A stretch of DNA of 64,000 nt from Octopus sinensis (taxonomy: Eukaryota): the NCBI RefSeq assembly GCF_006345805.1, contig NC_043022.1, forward strand, positions 10,354,001 through 10,418,000, read 5' to 3'. The notes below the pieces were generated by a model. It did no database searches. It was not told where the DNA came from and worked only from the letters and a program-made list of their open reading frames with translations. Positions 13,011 through 27,611 of this stretch are shown piece after piece (within the stretch, counting starts at the first letter, position 1; the number at the start of each line of letters is the position of its first letter). A program made the translations under genes and the position numbers.

Positions 13011-13196
13011 GTATTGCCGAAGAAATATTATTGTCGTTTTTCCATTGGTTAATATAATTGCTCATATAAGAATTCTAAGAGTTATTTAAAGAATATTTGT
13101 ATGTAATTTTGATTCTTTAAATAACTCTTAGAATTCTTATATGAGCAATTATATTAACCAATGGAAAAACGGCAATAATATTTCTTAGGCAATACG
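13011..13196. repeat. Hairpin with ~85-bp arms and 17-nt spacer
   Basis: 13011-13094 is a near-perfect reverse complement of 13112-13195. Confidence 0.85.
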
Positions 13197-13479
13197 ACAT
13201 TACATCATATTGCCAGCTACCACAGATTGGCGCCTTATTTAAGAATGGCTACTTGCTACAGTTCATACATGATAGTCAATTGAGGAATGATTGTCAAGCA
13301 CACAGAAAATGTACATTAACAGTTTGTTTATCTCCCGTTTTTTCAGCTACTACATGATTTCAGGTGAACTGTCAATGGCGTTAAGATTAAAGCATAAAGA
13401 TTGAAGTTGTAGTTGTGGAAACCTTAGCTGATGTAGAGGACTGGCAGGCATGTGAATATTGGAGAAGAGTTTCCTGTAT

Positions 13480-14145
13480 CATGATAATTCATGCAGTGTA
13501 GCAAAACGCTGACATCATGATTGCTGTTCAGTGCTCTGTGAATACTGTAAAAGGCTGTGAGATGTGACATGGGCAGCTGCAGCAAAGACTATGAAGCCAT
13601 GGCCAGGAGTAAGGAACACAGTAGGAGTTCTAACTGTGTCTGCACATGGGAATTCATCCAACAACTGATGAACAGGGCCTTAGGCTCAATTCAGGTGGCT
13701 ATGTGAAGCTACTGAAAGACTGTGGTCAAACCCTGGCTGGAGAAGAATGCTGCTGGAAGGCCATGTGTGTGACAGTCGGATTCAACTCCTTGTCATACCT
13801 ATGGAAAGAGTCAGAAGTGTTTGTCAGAGAATTTCTTTGACTTCACCAGCCCCTACTTCTAACCTGTTAATTCCTCCAGTTATAATCCCATGGATTACTA
13901 TGTGAGGGGCACAGTTGACAAAGCCACCAACCCCTCTGTCTGCACCACTACAGCTAAGCTGGTGGCCAAGATCAGGAAGTTTGAAGACCTTCCCAGGGGC
14001 ACAGTGAGAAGTGGCCATGGTGTAAGCTGAGGGCAGCTCCTGGCCATAATGTAGTTGACACTTTCTGATTTTTAAAATACTGTAATTGCTGGATGGGGAT
14101 CTATCCTTTAATGCAAACTGTCAAATTTAGCCCAAACACCCTGTC
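13480..14145 (+). mobile_element. Decayed Tc1/mariner-type transposase
   Basis: NPMDYYV remnant of the SPDxNPxD motif near 13880. Confidence 0.5.
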
Positions 14146-15036
14146 TGTGTGTGTGTGTCTGTGAAGGTGCATGACCTTGGGGTTAAACTGTTGTACTCAC
14201 AATTGCTAGATTGTGGGGATTGATTCCCTGATTGGATGGTGTATAGTGTTCTTGAGCAAGACGCTTCATTTCACATTACTCCAATCCCCCTTTCGAGTAA
14301 GGAGGAATGTTAGCCTGCTCACTTAGCCGGGGTGGCATCGTTTGAAGGCTAAAACAATGCAAAACGCATTGTGACCAGTAATGTGTAACATCTGATAGCC
14401 TGGTTGGTCATGTGATATATGTCATCGTCAGCATCATTTAATGTCTGTTGTCCATGCTGGCATAGGTTGGATGGTTTGACCAGGACTGGCAAATTGGTAC
14501 CAGCACAGGTACCATTTGTGCAACACTGGTATCAGCGATGACTGCACTTTTACTTGGCTTGATGGGTCTTCTTCTCGAGCATCACATAATGCCAAATGGA
14601 CTCAATCATTGCCTCCGTGAGGCCCAGTGCTCGACGCCGGGCATAATATCACACACACACACACACACATATGGTGATGATGATGATGATGATGCTTATT
14701 TGTTTGTTTGTTTATTGAGCGAAGTGGTCTTCGTCCCAGAGCTCACAAGATCGTGCCTCACAGTGGGAGAAGTCTGAAATGTGGTCCTTTGCTATTCGTA
14801 AGACCTGCAAAAGAGAAAGCAGGTCAACCCCCGACACCGAGAGCATCGAAGGATGGATGAATGCGCATCCAGGCCCAGCGGTTGTGTAGGAAGTAGGGGT
14901 GATGATGATGCTGTCGCTGATGATGATCTGACGGGAGGATATAACTGAAGGTGGAGGACAATATGAAACATCACACTGGTTTGACATTGATTCATATAAA
15001 AAGACATACAAGTCAAAATGTGAAAAGACAACTTAC

Positions 15037-15123
15037 TGCTTGTTGATTTTCTGCAATAAATTGCTCAACATATTTAATGTCTCCTTTCATAACCCCGCAT
15101 AAACTCTTGTAAAAGGCCATGTC
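15037..15123 (-). CDS. Gene A (MIB-like ankyrin-RING protein), first identifiable coding exon; candidate ATG at 15120
   Basis: cattcag|GAC ATG GCC...CAA GCA|gtaagt; encodes (D)MAFYKSLCGVMKGDIKYVEQFIAENQQA. Joins in phase 0 to INEEDPGGRTALH, giving an N-terminal ankyrin-like repeat. Confidence 0.75.
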
Positions 15124-16049
15124 CTGAATGTATCAAAAGATGAATAAAATATGCTAGAAAGAGATAGAAATAAACAATAATAATTTAAAAATTAGTTATA
15201 GCAAATTATGTAATGAAGGCTGTGTGGTAAGAAGCATGCTTCCTGACAACATGGTTCCGGGTTCAGTCCCACAGCATGGTACTTTGCAGGTGTCTTCTAC
15301 TGTAGCCTCTTGCTGACCAAAGCTTTGTGAGTGGATTTGGTAGACAGAAACTAAAAGAAGCCCTTTGTATATATATATATATTTGTGTATGTGTCTGTGT
15401 TTGTCCCCCTGCTATTGCTTGACAACTGATGTTGGTGTGTTTACGTCCCCAGAAGTTAGCAGTTTGGAGAAAGAGACTGATAGAATAAGGGCTAGGCTTA
15501 CAAAGATTAAGTCCTGCAGTCGATTTCTTCAACTAAACGTGGTGCTCCAGCATGGCAGCAGTCAAATGACTGAAACTAGTGAAAGAGTATACATAAGTGC
15601 AGATGTGGCTGTGTGGTAAGAAGCTTGCTTTGCAACCACTTGGTTCTGGGTTCAGTCCCACTGCATGGCACCTTAGGCAAGTGTCTTCTACTATAGCCTC
15701 GAGTTGACCAAAGTCTTGTGAGTGGATTTGGTAGATGGAAACTGAAAGAAGCCTGTCGTATATATGTATATGCATGTATCTATGTACGTGTTTCTTTGTG
15801 TCTGTGTTTGTCCCCCAATCACCACTTGACAACTGGTGTTGGTATGTTTATGTCCCTGTAACTTAGCAGTTTGGCAAAAAGATACATAGGCGCTAGTGTG
15901 GCTGTGTGGTAAGAAGTTTGCTTCCCAAGCACATGGTTCTGGGTTCTGTCCCACTGCATGGCACCTTGCAGATACAGAAAACGTTGACTCTAAAAACATC
16001 CCATGAAATATTCTTGGTGAACACTGTGTGATGAGGATGCTGATGTTCT

Positions 16050-16785
16050 CTTGAAGTGTTTCAGTTCGCAAAGCAGTGTGCCAGGAGAAATTGCGATATT
16101 GTTGGAAAGAAGGATATTTGCATGGATGATGGTTCACTTGCAGTTAGTGAATCTGCAAAGAAAGAGGCTCGGAAGTGCCACTATGAAAGGCTACTAAATA
16201 TAGAGAACTCATGGGAGAAGCGGGGTCTAGCTAATGAGGTTTCCAACAGAGGGACCAGCAATCGAAATTGACAGGGGCATGGTAGATAAAGCCATAGGAT
16301 ATGAAGACTGGGAAAGCTCCTGACCCATCAGGAATAACTGCTGAGATACTTAAAATATCTGGTGGTGTGGGTTATGGTCTAGTTAACCATTTTGTTAATC
16401 AAGTTGTACACGAGGGAATCCTACCTAATGACTGGTTTGGCAACTCTGTAATCAACTGCTATAAAGGTAAAGGTGACGCCTTAGAGAGAAATAATTACAG
16501 AGGTATCAAATTGTTGGATCAGGTGATGAATGTTACGGAACAGGTCTTAGCCCAACAAATTAAGAAGAGACGTTATCTAGATGAGATGCAGTTTGGTTTT
16601 CTGCTAGGGAGAAGCACCACTGATGCTATTATATTCCTGGGAAGGAAGCAGCAGGAGAAGTACTTAGCCAAAAATAAACGTTTGTACTTGGCTTTTGTTG
16701 ACATGGAGAAAGCCTTTGACAGGGTCCCTCACTTCCTTATCTGGTGCCATGCAGAAGCTAGGGTAGATGAGTGGTTGGTGCACCC
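16050..16785 (+). mobile_element. Older RTE LINE RT fragment
   Basis: MKTGKAPDPSGITAE...NNYRGIKLL...QFGF...AFVDMEKAFDRV. Confidence 0.85.
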
Positions 16786-17102
16786 ATACCAGTTGCACAT
16801 AAATGCATTCATGTCAGTGGCATGTAAATAGCACCCATTACATTCTTGGAGTGGTTTGCATTAGGAAGGGCTTCCAGCCATAGAAACCATGCTAAATCAG
16901 GCAGGAACCTAGTGCAGCTCCCAGGGTTACCAGTTTCAGTCAGACTGTCTAACCCATGGAAAGGGGACACTAAATGATGATGATATATATATACGTATAT
17001 GTATGTGTGTGTCGTCATCATCATATATGTCGCCATGATAGATCGTTAGCTACTTCACATTTTTTTTCACTCCTTGTTTCTCTCCTTGTTTTTTCTGTGT
17101 AC

Positions 17103-17138
17103 CTTTCTGTAGAAGAGCGTAGGCTCGAAACGTAAAAG
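17103..17138 (+). ncRNA. Minimal Penelope-type hammerhead motif, core variant or degenerate
   Basis: cttt-CTGTAGA-a-gagc(gtag)gctc-GAAA-cg-TA-aaag; more decayed relatives near 23641 (+) and 56535-56575 (-). Confidence 0.4.
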
Positions 17139-17224
17139 ACTTTTTCTATTCCTGAGCGTTATACTAATACATCTGTTTGTTTTGTACACCACCTGTCTTC
17201 GTCTTTTATTTTTTCGTAAACTTT

Positions 17225-17271
<47 letters not shown>

Positions 17272-17930
17272 TGCATATTTATAAATAAATATACTTACAT
17301 ACATACATGCACATACACACACACACATATATATATACTTAATAAAAAAACACATATATCAGAAAGAAGCACATTTAAAAAATAGAGCAGTAATTATTAC
17401 AATAGAGTTCTGAGCATTTCCTCACGTCTGCAACGTGGCTATCTTTAAATAGCCACGTTGCAGAGCCTGACGAGCTGTCCATAAGGCTTTAGCTTTGTGG
17501 GTGTAAAACCTTGGGTAATTCTTTATAAAATTTTGTTGTTTTATATATATACTAGCAGTATCGCCCGGCGTTGCTCGGGTTTGTTTCGACCCTTTAGAAT
17601 TGGAATTTTTGAAAAGTAAAAATTTTGCATTATGTAGCTTATTATTCTCTTTAAGTGAACATTTTTCTGGTTGAAATACACTGAAAAATAGCAACACAGC
17701 AGTAAAAAATTCGTAAAAAATAGGGATTTTCATAGAAGAAAAAGCACCTTTTTGATGTAAATAATTTTTGGTGTTAACATGTTCCGATTTGAATTTTTTC
17801 TTCTACGGAAGGAAGAGCAAGCCTTCTTCTATCATACTCTCAATTTTGGTCAACTTGCGCCGCAGGGTCTCGGAGGAGATAGTGTTAGTTGAAGGCTACC
17901 AAACCTGCCATACACAGACAACTTCAGCTT

Positions 17931-18007
<77 letters not shown>

Positions 18008-18668
18008 TGCATACACATATTATTATATATTATATTATGTGTGTGAGCATTTGTGTGCACAGCCACACCATGATTCAACAAGTGAGCCTCTCATGGTCAC
18101 AGAACCAGCTAGAAAAACAGCTTACCATTGTTGTTATTGATATGTCGTGTCTGAATAAAATACAGGAAAATTAGGGTTACGTGTCTGATCATGTGTTATG
18201 CTGTGTGTCTCATGACAATCCTTTCATTCAACAAAAACTAGAACATACACCTGCTGACACTTTTATACACAAACACATTTATATCTCTCTCTATATAAAC
18301 GGCAGTTTGTCTGTGCGTGTTTCTGTGTGTCTGTTTGCTTGTACCCTCACCCCGACCACGGCTTTCAACCGATTCTAATGAAACTTGACACACACATAGC
18401 CCAATGTCATAATTCAAAACTAACGCAGCGAAAATTTTGAAAAGTTCCCCCAGTTCTGAAAAAAATCGATAAATTCGATATGGGGTCGAGAATCAGAAAC
18501 ACGAACCACAAACTGTCTAGGGGAGGCAACTCCACCTTTTTTAAATCTCAAAAAAAATTTACCATCATTTTTTTTCCATTTTTTTGCTATTTTTTGGCTA
18601 TAACTCTCTAAAGATGCTTTATAGTTATTTCCCTTACAAACCTGAGCAACGCCGGGCGATACTGCTAG

Positions 18669-18721
<53 letters not shown>

Positions 18722-21595
18722 TATGAGAGGTTACTGAAAAGTTCCTGGCTTTAAGGATGTTGCTAAAGACATGGTTGGAGGCTCAACTTTCCAAGTTCTT
18801 TTACAGGGCTTAGAGAAACTCAAGGACCACTGCAATAAGTGTGAATCTGAGAGGGGAATATCTCTATATATATAAACGGTAAAATGTCTGTGTGTGTGTG
18901 TCCTTTATACAAATCCACAATTCTTCAGTTAGAGGGCTCGCACTTTCTATGGTCATTTAAAACCGTCCAAGGGTGGTCGTGCACATCTTTACATTTCCCC
19001 AGTCACCCTGCAAAGCCATTAAAAAATCAATAAAAGTGACTTTTTTTGTGAATTTTCTATCCAAAACCCTATCAAAATGCCCGAAACTTGATACGCCAAT
19101 TGAATGCCAGCTAGCTGTATATGATTGATCGGAGATTTGGACAGTACTCATGTGTATGTGTGCACGCATGCAGCTGTATATGCATGCACTAGCACCATAA
19201 CCCGGTGTTGCAGGGTCATAGTGCTAGTATTGAATAAAATCATAACTGATCTTCCTGTATTCTGTTTTACCCAAAGCCAGGAACTTTTCAGCAGCCCCTC
19301 GAAATTGTTAAACTATCAAGTGCAGGCCATGTCTGTGCGGGATTAAGTGGTTCTCTTTGCAGTTGTGGTCCACTTGACCCTTTATCCTAGAAAAATAAGT
19401 ACCACTTGGGCATTACTCTCCTTCCCTCTACTCTTACTAAAACTTCAATTCCTTCATACCCTCCCACAACTTTCAACCATTATCAACTGAATACCCCTAA
19501 ATTCTGTGTATCTCTGTCCCTCTCTCTTTGTCATTTAGCAATAGCTAAAGATTCCTATACCCAGGACCTATGTCTAATTAGCTTGTATGCTTTTATTTTT
19601 CTTCACCCTTTCTTTTGCTTTATTTGTTCCTTCTTTATCCTTAATTTATATTATGACCTCTCCTTACTTCCCACTGCTCTAAGCCTACTATAATAAATTA
19701 CCACCTACACCTCCACTCCAGTCTACCTATGAACTAGTCTCACCTGGGTCACTGACCTTAAATATCATATTACACATTTTTCAAGAACTGCATTCTTAAC
19801 CTCAACATCCAACTCAGTTGGTCATTCTCTCATTTCATTGTCAGCTGCCACAGACTTCGGCCACATCCCTGCTGCATTCTTTGGATATTCATTTTGTATA
19901 TTCTTTTACTTGTTTCAGTCATTTGACTGTGGCCATGCTGGAGCACCACCTTTATTCAAGCAAATCGACCTCAGGACTTATTCTTTGTAAGCCTAGTACT
20001 TTATCGGTCTCTTTGCTGAACCGCTAAGTTACAGGGACGTAAACACACCAGCATCGGTTGTCAAGCGATGTTGGCGGGGACAAACACAGACACACAAACA
20101 TATACACACACACATACATATATACATATATATATACACGTATATATGATGGGCTTCTTTCAGTTTCCGTCTACCAAATCCACTCACAAGGATTTGGTCA
20201 GCCTGAGGCTATAGTAGGAGACACTTGCCCAAGGTGCCACGCAGTAGTACACACACACACACACACACATATATATGTATGTATATAAAATAACAAGGGC
20301 AGCTATATGCAATATAAAACCGAAAAGGTGCCCAAGGTGCCACGCAGTGGGACTGAACCTGGAACCATGTGGTTGGTAAGCAAGCTACTCCTATGCCTTT
20401 GCTTGTCAAATTATTTCTCATCTGATGATTATGGTCTTCTTTTATAATGGAGTAATCTTCTCATTCTTCTATTAAAAAGTTATGTCAGAAGCAGCTGTAA
20501 TGAGCTGACAATTATCCATTGTATGTTAGTATCCACTTGACTGTAATACGCCAAGGGAATTTACAACTTGTCAGACACCCTAGAGTATACCAACAACGTA
20601 CTATTCAAAGTAACACATGATTTGGATCAGCCCCTAGGTACTAAATACTCATAGGGTTGGTTTTCTATGTGTACACAACTGGAATATCCTATTTGACACT
20701 CACCAATCACAAGCCAGAACCACAAAGATTCAGCCCTACCTGGTGCATATCTTTTCAAGTACCTGATTCTATCTGTCTATCTGAATCTTATTTTACTATA
20801 TATATATATATATATATATATAGGTGTAGGAGTGGCTATGTGTACCACACGGCTTACGAATCGCATGGTTCCGGGTTCAGTCCCTATGCGTGGCACCTTG
20901 GGCAAGTGTCTTCTGCTATAGCCTCGGGCCGACCAAGTCCTTGTGAGTGGATTTGGTAGAGGGAAACTGAAAGAAGCCCGTCGTATATATATATATAATA
21001 TATATATATGTGTGTGTGTGTGTGTATGTCTGTGTTTGTCCCCACCGATGCTGGTGTGTTTATGTCCCTGTAACTTAGCAGTTCGGCAAAAAAGACCGAT
21101 AGAATCAGTACTAGGCTTACAAAGAATAAGTCCTGGGGTCGATTCGTTTGACTAACGTAAAAGAGAAAGAGTAAATATATATATATAACTTATAAATAAG
21201 GCCAAACGAAAAAATTTCTAATGCCAAATATGCCGAAAATTGGACGTATTGTCCATTTACCATATAATTTTTTTCCCCAGTATGCACGCTACTCGAAAAA
21301 AGTCCAACAGAAATCTCTAAAAATTCTGGCCATTGATAGAATTTTTTTTCCAAAAAATTTTATCCTACATTAGATATATATATATATATATATATATATT
21401 TACTCTTTCTCTTTTACTTGTTTCAGTCATTTGACTGCGGCCATGCTGGAGCACCGCCTTTAGTCAAACAAATCAACCACAGGACTTATTCTTTGTAAGC
21501 CTAGTACTTATTCTATCGGTCTCTTTTGCCGAACTGCTAAGTTATGGGGACGCGAAAACACCAGCATCGGTTGTCAAGCAATTTTGGGGGGACAA

Positions 21596-21627
<32 letters not shown>

Positions 21628-24600
21628 GACAGGCTTCTTTTAGTTTCTGTCTACCAAATCCACTCACACGGCTTTGGTCAGCCTGAGGCTATAGTAGAAG
21701 ACACTTGCCCAAGGTGCCACGCAGTAGTACACACACACACACACACATATATATATGTAAATAAAATAACAAGGGCAGCTATATGCAATATAAAACCGAA
21801 AAGGAAAAATTCAACTGTCACTAATTGTGACGGAAGGTGGCAGGAAGCACTTATACTGCTAGAAATAAGAGCTAAAAACCCTTAGAGCTGCAAGAAAGCA
21901 CATTTTCATATATTGACATATATAAACATACACACACACACACACACACACATATATATGTATGTGTGTTTATATATGTGTGTGTATGTATATATGTATG
22001 TATGTATGTATATATATAGAGAGATATATACCGCAAAATTACTGCATTTCTAATGCTTCTTTGAAATCACATAGGTCAATAAGTGAAATAAGAAAAATTG
22101 ACAATTTACCTAAAAAAGGAGAATATTTGTCGTTGGTTCTATGTATTGTGTAGAGACCGAAGATTGCGATCTTTCCGTTCTTCCTCGGAAATCTGTGAGT
22201 TTTCCTTTTCTTATGTTCATTCTATAAAGACAGGATGTAAATACTCTGAACCAATAAAACTTCTCATTTTTCCTGTAACTTTTTTATTTATTTTTATTTT
22301 ATTTTATTCTGTTACTTTTCTTTCCTACTTTTTCCTCTTCCCCTCTCACTTCTACCAGACCTGCCACCATACACCTCTTCAAACCCATAACTCCTATCTT
22401 CTATTTTTACAAATTCTATTCATCTCTTCACAAATGTATTTACTTATTAACATATCAATTCTACTGCATATTTCTTATCCTTTCTGCTTAGTATGTCATA
22501 TCTACACTATAACAAAGTAAATGTAATGAATAAACAGTGTACAGAGGCTTAGAAGCTGGAGTTAATTGTTAGATTTTTGAGTTAGTGTTCTAATTTGTTA
22601 TGTCCTGCTAATGAGCTGAAATTACTAAGATATGCAAAACATTTGTAGCTTTTATTCTCCTCATAAAGTGTAATTAATCAGACAGAAAATATGTAGCTAG
22701 GTCATAGGTGTACAGAAGAATATCTTTGATATTAAATAATATATTGTATTTAACTAAGGCGACAAATTGACAGAATCATAAGTGTGGTGCTTGGGGGGAA
22801 AATGCTTAGCAGCAATTCGTCTATCTTTATGTTCAGAGGATTTAGTCAAACAAATCAGTCCCTGTACTTATTTTACTTTTCAAGTCTGGTAATTACTTTA
22901 TCAGTCTCATTTGCTGAACTGCTAAGTTATGGAGGAATACACAAACCAGCACCAGTTGTCAAACTGTGGTGGTTTGTTTTGTTTGTTCCTTCTCGAGCCA
23001 TGCCTGGCTCATAAGGGCCGGTTTTCTGGTTTCCTTGGCGTATAGGTTCCCCAACTGGACGGGACGCCGGCCCGTCACAGGTGAGCTGCAAGATGCAGGA
23101 GGAAAGAGTGAGAGAAAGTTGTGGCGAAAGAGTCAGCAGAAGTTCACCATTACCTTCTGCTGGACCCGCTTGAAGCTTAGGTGTTTCGCTCATAAACACA
23201 CTCATCACCCGGTCTGAGATTTGAACCCACGATCCCTCAACCGCGAGTCCGTTGCTCTAACCACTAGGCCATGTGCCTCCACCAAACTGGGGTGGGGGAC
23301 AAACACAAATACAGACACACACCACTACACCTTACACCACCATACCACATAACACATCCCATCACAACACACCACCACACGCATATCAGAACTGGCCACT
23401 TCCCAGACCCACATTTTCACACTTAAACATACGCACACATGAAGATCAACAGCCCTCTTCCAAACACACATACAAACTCTCTTATACACACGCACGCGCA
23501 CCTTCGTTTTAGGATCACCACTACTTTATTATCTCCCCTTCTCCCTAGCTCTCCTGTGTGACCCTTCTGTCTGGCATTCACCATGATAGATCGCTAGCCA
23601 CTACACATTCTTTATTTTCTCTCTTTGTTTCTTTGTCTTCCTTTCTGTGGAAGAGCATAGGCTCAAAATGTTAAAGACTTTTTCACTTCCTGAGCGTTAT
23701 ACTAATACATCTGTTTGTTGTCTACACCACCTGTCTTTGTATTTTGTTTTTTTGTGAATTCCCCCACTATATATATATATATAATATGTGTGTGTGTGTG
23801 TGCAGTATGGATGAATGAGAAGAGCTGTGTGAAAAAATGCCACTCCCAAACAGTGGAAGGAATCTGAGGTAGCAGGAGATGCAGGAAGACATGGAATGAG
23901 GTGGTGAAGCGTGACCTTTGAATGTTGGGCCTCACAGAGGCAATGACAAAAGACTGAGTCCTCTGAAGATATGCTGTGACTGAGTGAGATTGAACCCAGA
24001 CTCATGTGGTTGCAATGCAAGCTTCTTACCACACAACCACTTGTGATACTTCTTTTTTTTTTTTTAGTAACCTTCTGTATTTCAAAAACATTTGTATATA
24101 TTTTAACGTATAGTACCACTTGTGTACTGGAGAAATATTGATGTTACAGACTAATTGTGCCTCCTTAAAATTTGCTGGCCTTGTGCCCTTAATTAGAAAC
24201 CCATAATGTTATTATTACACCACTACTACTACTACAACTGCTGCTGCTGTTGCCGCTGACACCACCACCACTGTTACTACTACTACTACCACTACCACAA
24301 TTGCCACTACAACAGTCACCACCACTGTTACGACTTCTACCATCACTACTACTACTACTACAACGAGACTGAGTAACAACTCCCTATAATATATGTTCCA
24401 TATAACTTGAAATATCCTCCATTAAAAATGTCTGTTTTATCTCTTCAGACATGAAAATATTGTTCACGTTGTTCTTCATGTTCTGGCGACTTCTGGCTTA
24501 TTTAAAAACCTGTTTGACAACTGGAATGTGTTGTTGTGGAGGTGGTGGTGGGGGTGGGGGGGTGGGGGTATTAGCAGTGTTGATGGTGGGATATTGGCAG

Positions 24601-25039
24601 CAATGACGGTAGTGGTGGTGGTGGCAGTTGTGGTGACAGTGATTTTTGGCACAAGGCCAACTATTTTAAAGGGGAGGGGATTTGTTGAATGCATTGACCC
24701 CAGTAATTGACTGCTACTTTATTTTATTGCAGTCTTTGTATTCATAGATCTGAGTCAGATCTATGGATTAAATTGGATTTGGTACTTACATATCTACAGG
24801 ATCCTAGTAACACTTGAACTTCATGTCTGTTTTACCTGACTGTGAACCCTGTGTTGTTGTACCAAGCCATTTCTGGCGTCCTGTGTGGTGAGGTGATATT
24901 ATATATCATACATAGAGATAGACCAACAATGAGATTGTGGAATAATATAGTCTCATAAATTTCCCCTACTTACTTTTACTTCCAAGAAAATCAATGGATG
25001 ATTTATATATATATATATATAAATATGTATATATATATT

Positions 25040-25075
<36 letters not shown>

Positions 25076-26275
25076 GCACATAAAAAGCACCATGGCTGAT
25101 GCCAGCGCTGCCTGACTGGCGTCCATGTCAATCACGCGTAAAAAGCACCAACCGATCATGGCCGTTGCCAGCCTTGTCTGGCATCCCTGCTGGTGGCACA
25201 TAAATGCACCCACTACACTCATGGAGTGGTTGGCGTTAGGAAGGGCATCCAGAAGTAGAAACACTGCCAGATCAGACTGGAGCCTGGTGCAGCATCCTGG
25301 CTTCCCAGACCCCGGTCGAACCGTCCAACCCATGCTAGCATGGAAAACAGACGTTAAACGATGATGATGATGATATATATATTTAAGTTAAGTTAATGGA
25401 AATAAAGCTATTGCTTTATAAGTTCATTCAGAGTTGTCTCTCTTAGGTACATCTCATTGACAAGAACCAAGAAGCTTGAAACATCAATGTCTGGGATTCC
25501 TAATAGATGTATTTCTTTACTACCCACAAGGGGCTAAACACAGAGGGAACAAACAAGGAGAGACAAACAGATCAAGTCGATTACAGTGCATAACTGGTAC
25601 TTAATTTATCGACCCCGAAAGGATGAAAGGCAAAGTCGACCTTGGCAGAATTTGAACTCAAAACGTAACGGCAGACGAAATACGGCTATGCATTTCACCT
25701 GGTAAGCTAACGTTTCTGCCAGCTCGCCGCCTTTAGGGATTCCTAATAGATGGCGACACTGAATGAACTGGATGTTTTCACACCTTTTTACCATAAGAAA
25801 AATATATTCTCCATGGTAACTGCAGTGTATTGCCTTTTAGTAGTTGAAATATGTCACAAACATATTTCAACTAACCTAAATTTTGCTTTTGCCTAAACAC
25901 TGCTTAGCACTAAGATTTCATTTTATATCATTGAAATTCCAACATAATCTGATTTTCACATTTTATTATTTGCAATGTTTACAATTTTACAATTCTGAAA
26001 TAAACTAGTTCTTTCATGCATTCAGTCAATCGTCAGGTTATGTAATGACAGTTGTGTTTCACAATTGATAGCTATTGTGAAATGGTTAGATTTATCTTTT
26101 AAATACCCTCCAATGAACTCCAGCAAGCTAAATCGTACAAACTGTATTTTAACCAATCAGCATATGGCTTAGATGTCACATATTGGTAAGCATGCCAACT
26201 AGGTTCTAACTGTAATTCGACCAATCAATGTGTGGCTTAGACATCACGGTTTGGAGGGCGCATCAAAGATTCTTT

Positions 26276-26312
<37 letters not shown>

Positions 26313-26776
26313 CAGGATAAAATCCCCCCCAGACAAAATTGCTATTGTTCTAACCAATATTTTAATTTTTTTATAAAATTTGACTTTCAGAAAATATTTT
26401 TATTGTACAGAAAGAACAATATCTGATTAGTCTGCTATTACGTAACATGCTTCACAATTTTAGTATATATACCTTATTAGTATTTCCTCCTATGTTTTAT
26501 ATACTCTGGGAACGCATTAAAGCCCTTTTCGGGGTTACTTTATTTGAATTCTTACTATCGGGTAACTAATTTCATGTTATTACATAACCGACTTCACAAT
26601 TTGGGTTTTCATTACTTAGTGGGAATTCCTAAAAACAACATCCTGTGCACAAAATCCGTTTTAAGTGCTACATACTTTGTATTGTTATTGGATTAGCAAA
26701 ACAATTATGAGAATGGAACCAAGGGATAAGCCCGCTTTCCCGGGAATTACCAGGCACGTCAGCTAGTGTGTGTGTC

Positions 26777-26824
<48 letters not shown>

Positions 26825-27561
26825 TAGACAGATATCTATACACAAGCAAGTTACCTAAGCCCAAGGAGCTAGGTTTGTGTGTTGAGGTTATGAAACTAAG
26901 TTGTATGGAGCCAAATCAAGTTGTTATTAAATACTAATATATATATATGTGTGTGTAATTAGTATTATTATTAGTATTATGATATTTGATCAGCTGATTT
27001 TACAAAGTGACTTCACAGTTGAGAGTTTCCTGTATGCCACTTAGAAGTAATTAAATTTAGTTGTATATTGAATTTCATTTTATCCTGTTTGTTCTTCCAA
27101 ACCTATGTATATATATCATCGTTTAACATCCATCATAGATGTGGCTATATGTGAATGGATTTGACAATCTATGTACGTTTTATATACATGCTTCTATTGC
27201 TGATGGTGGTTGCTGTTGTGAGAATACAGACTCTCTGACAGCCACAGAAGTCTAGTTTGTTTAAGATGATGCAATTGTCAAGAGTAATGTGCTCAGATAG
27301 GAGAAGTTTAAAGAAAGGAAAACCAGCATTGAAGACAAAAACCATACAATGGGAGACCATCGATTGTAACCACTGGACATGAATTGCCAGTGAGAGGACA
27401 AAGTGATTTGTGCAAACAAGCAAGTCACAATCCATGATCTTGTTGTCTGACTGGAAAGTGGTCGCAATGCATTAGAGAAGATGCTTACAAGACTTTGGGT
27501 ATCAGAAAGTCTGTATGTATATATATATATATATCATCATCATCATCGTTTAACGTCCGCT

Positions 27562-27592
<31 letters not shown>

Positions 27593-27611
27593 CATTTGTA
27601 TATATATATAT

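Noticed and set aside
22105-24890. Candidate 5' UTR exons of gene A (donor-like sites near 22108 and 24788)
   Set aside because: Splice-like motifs only, with no coding or homology support
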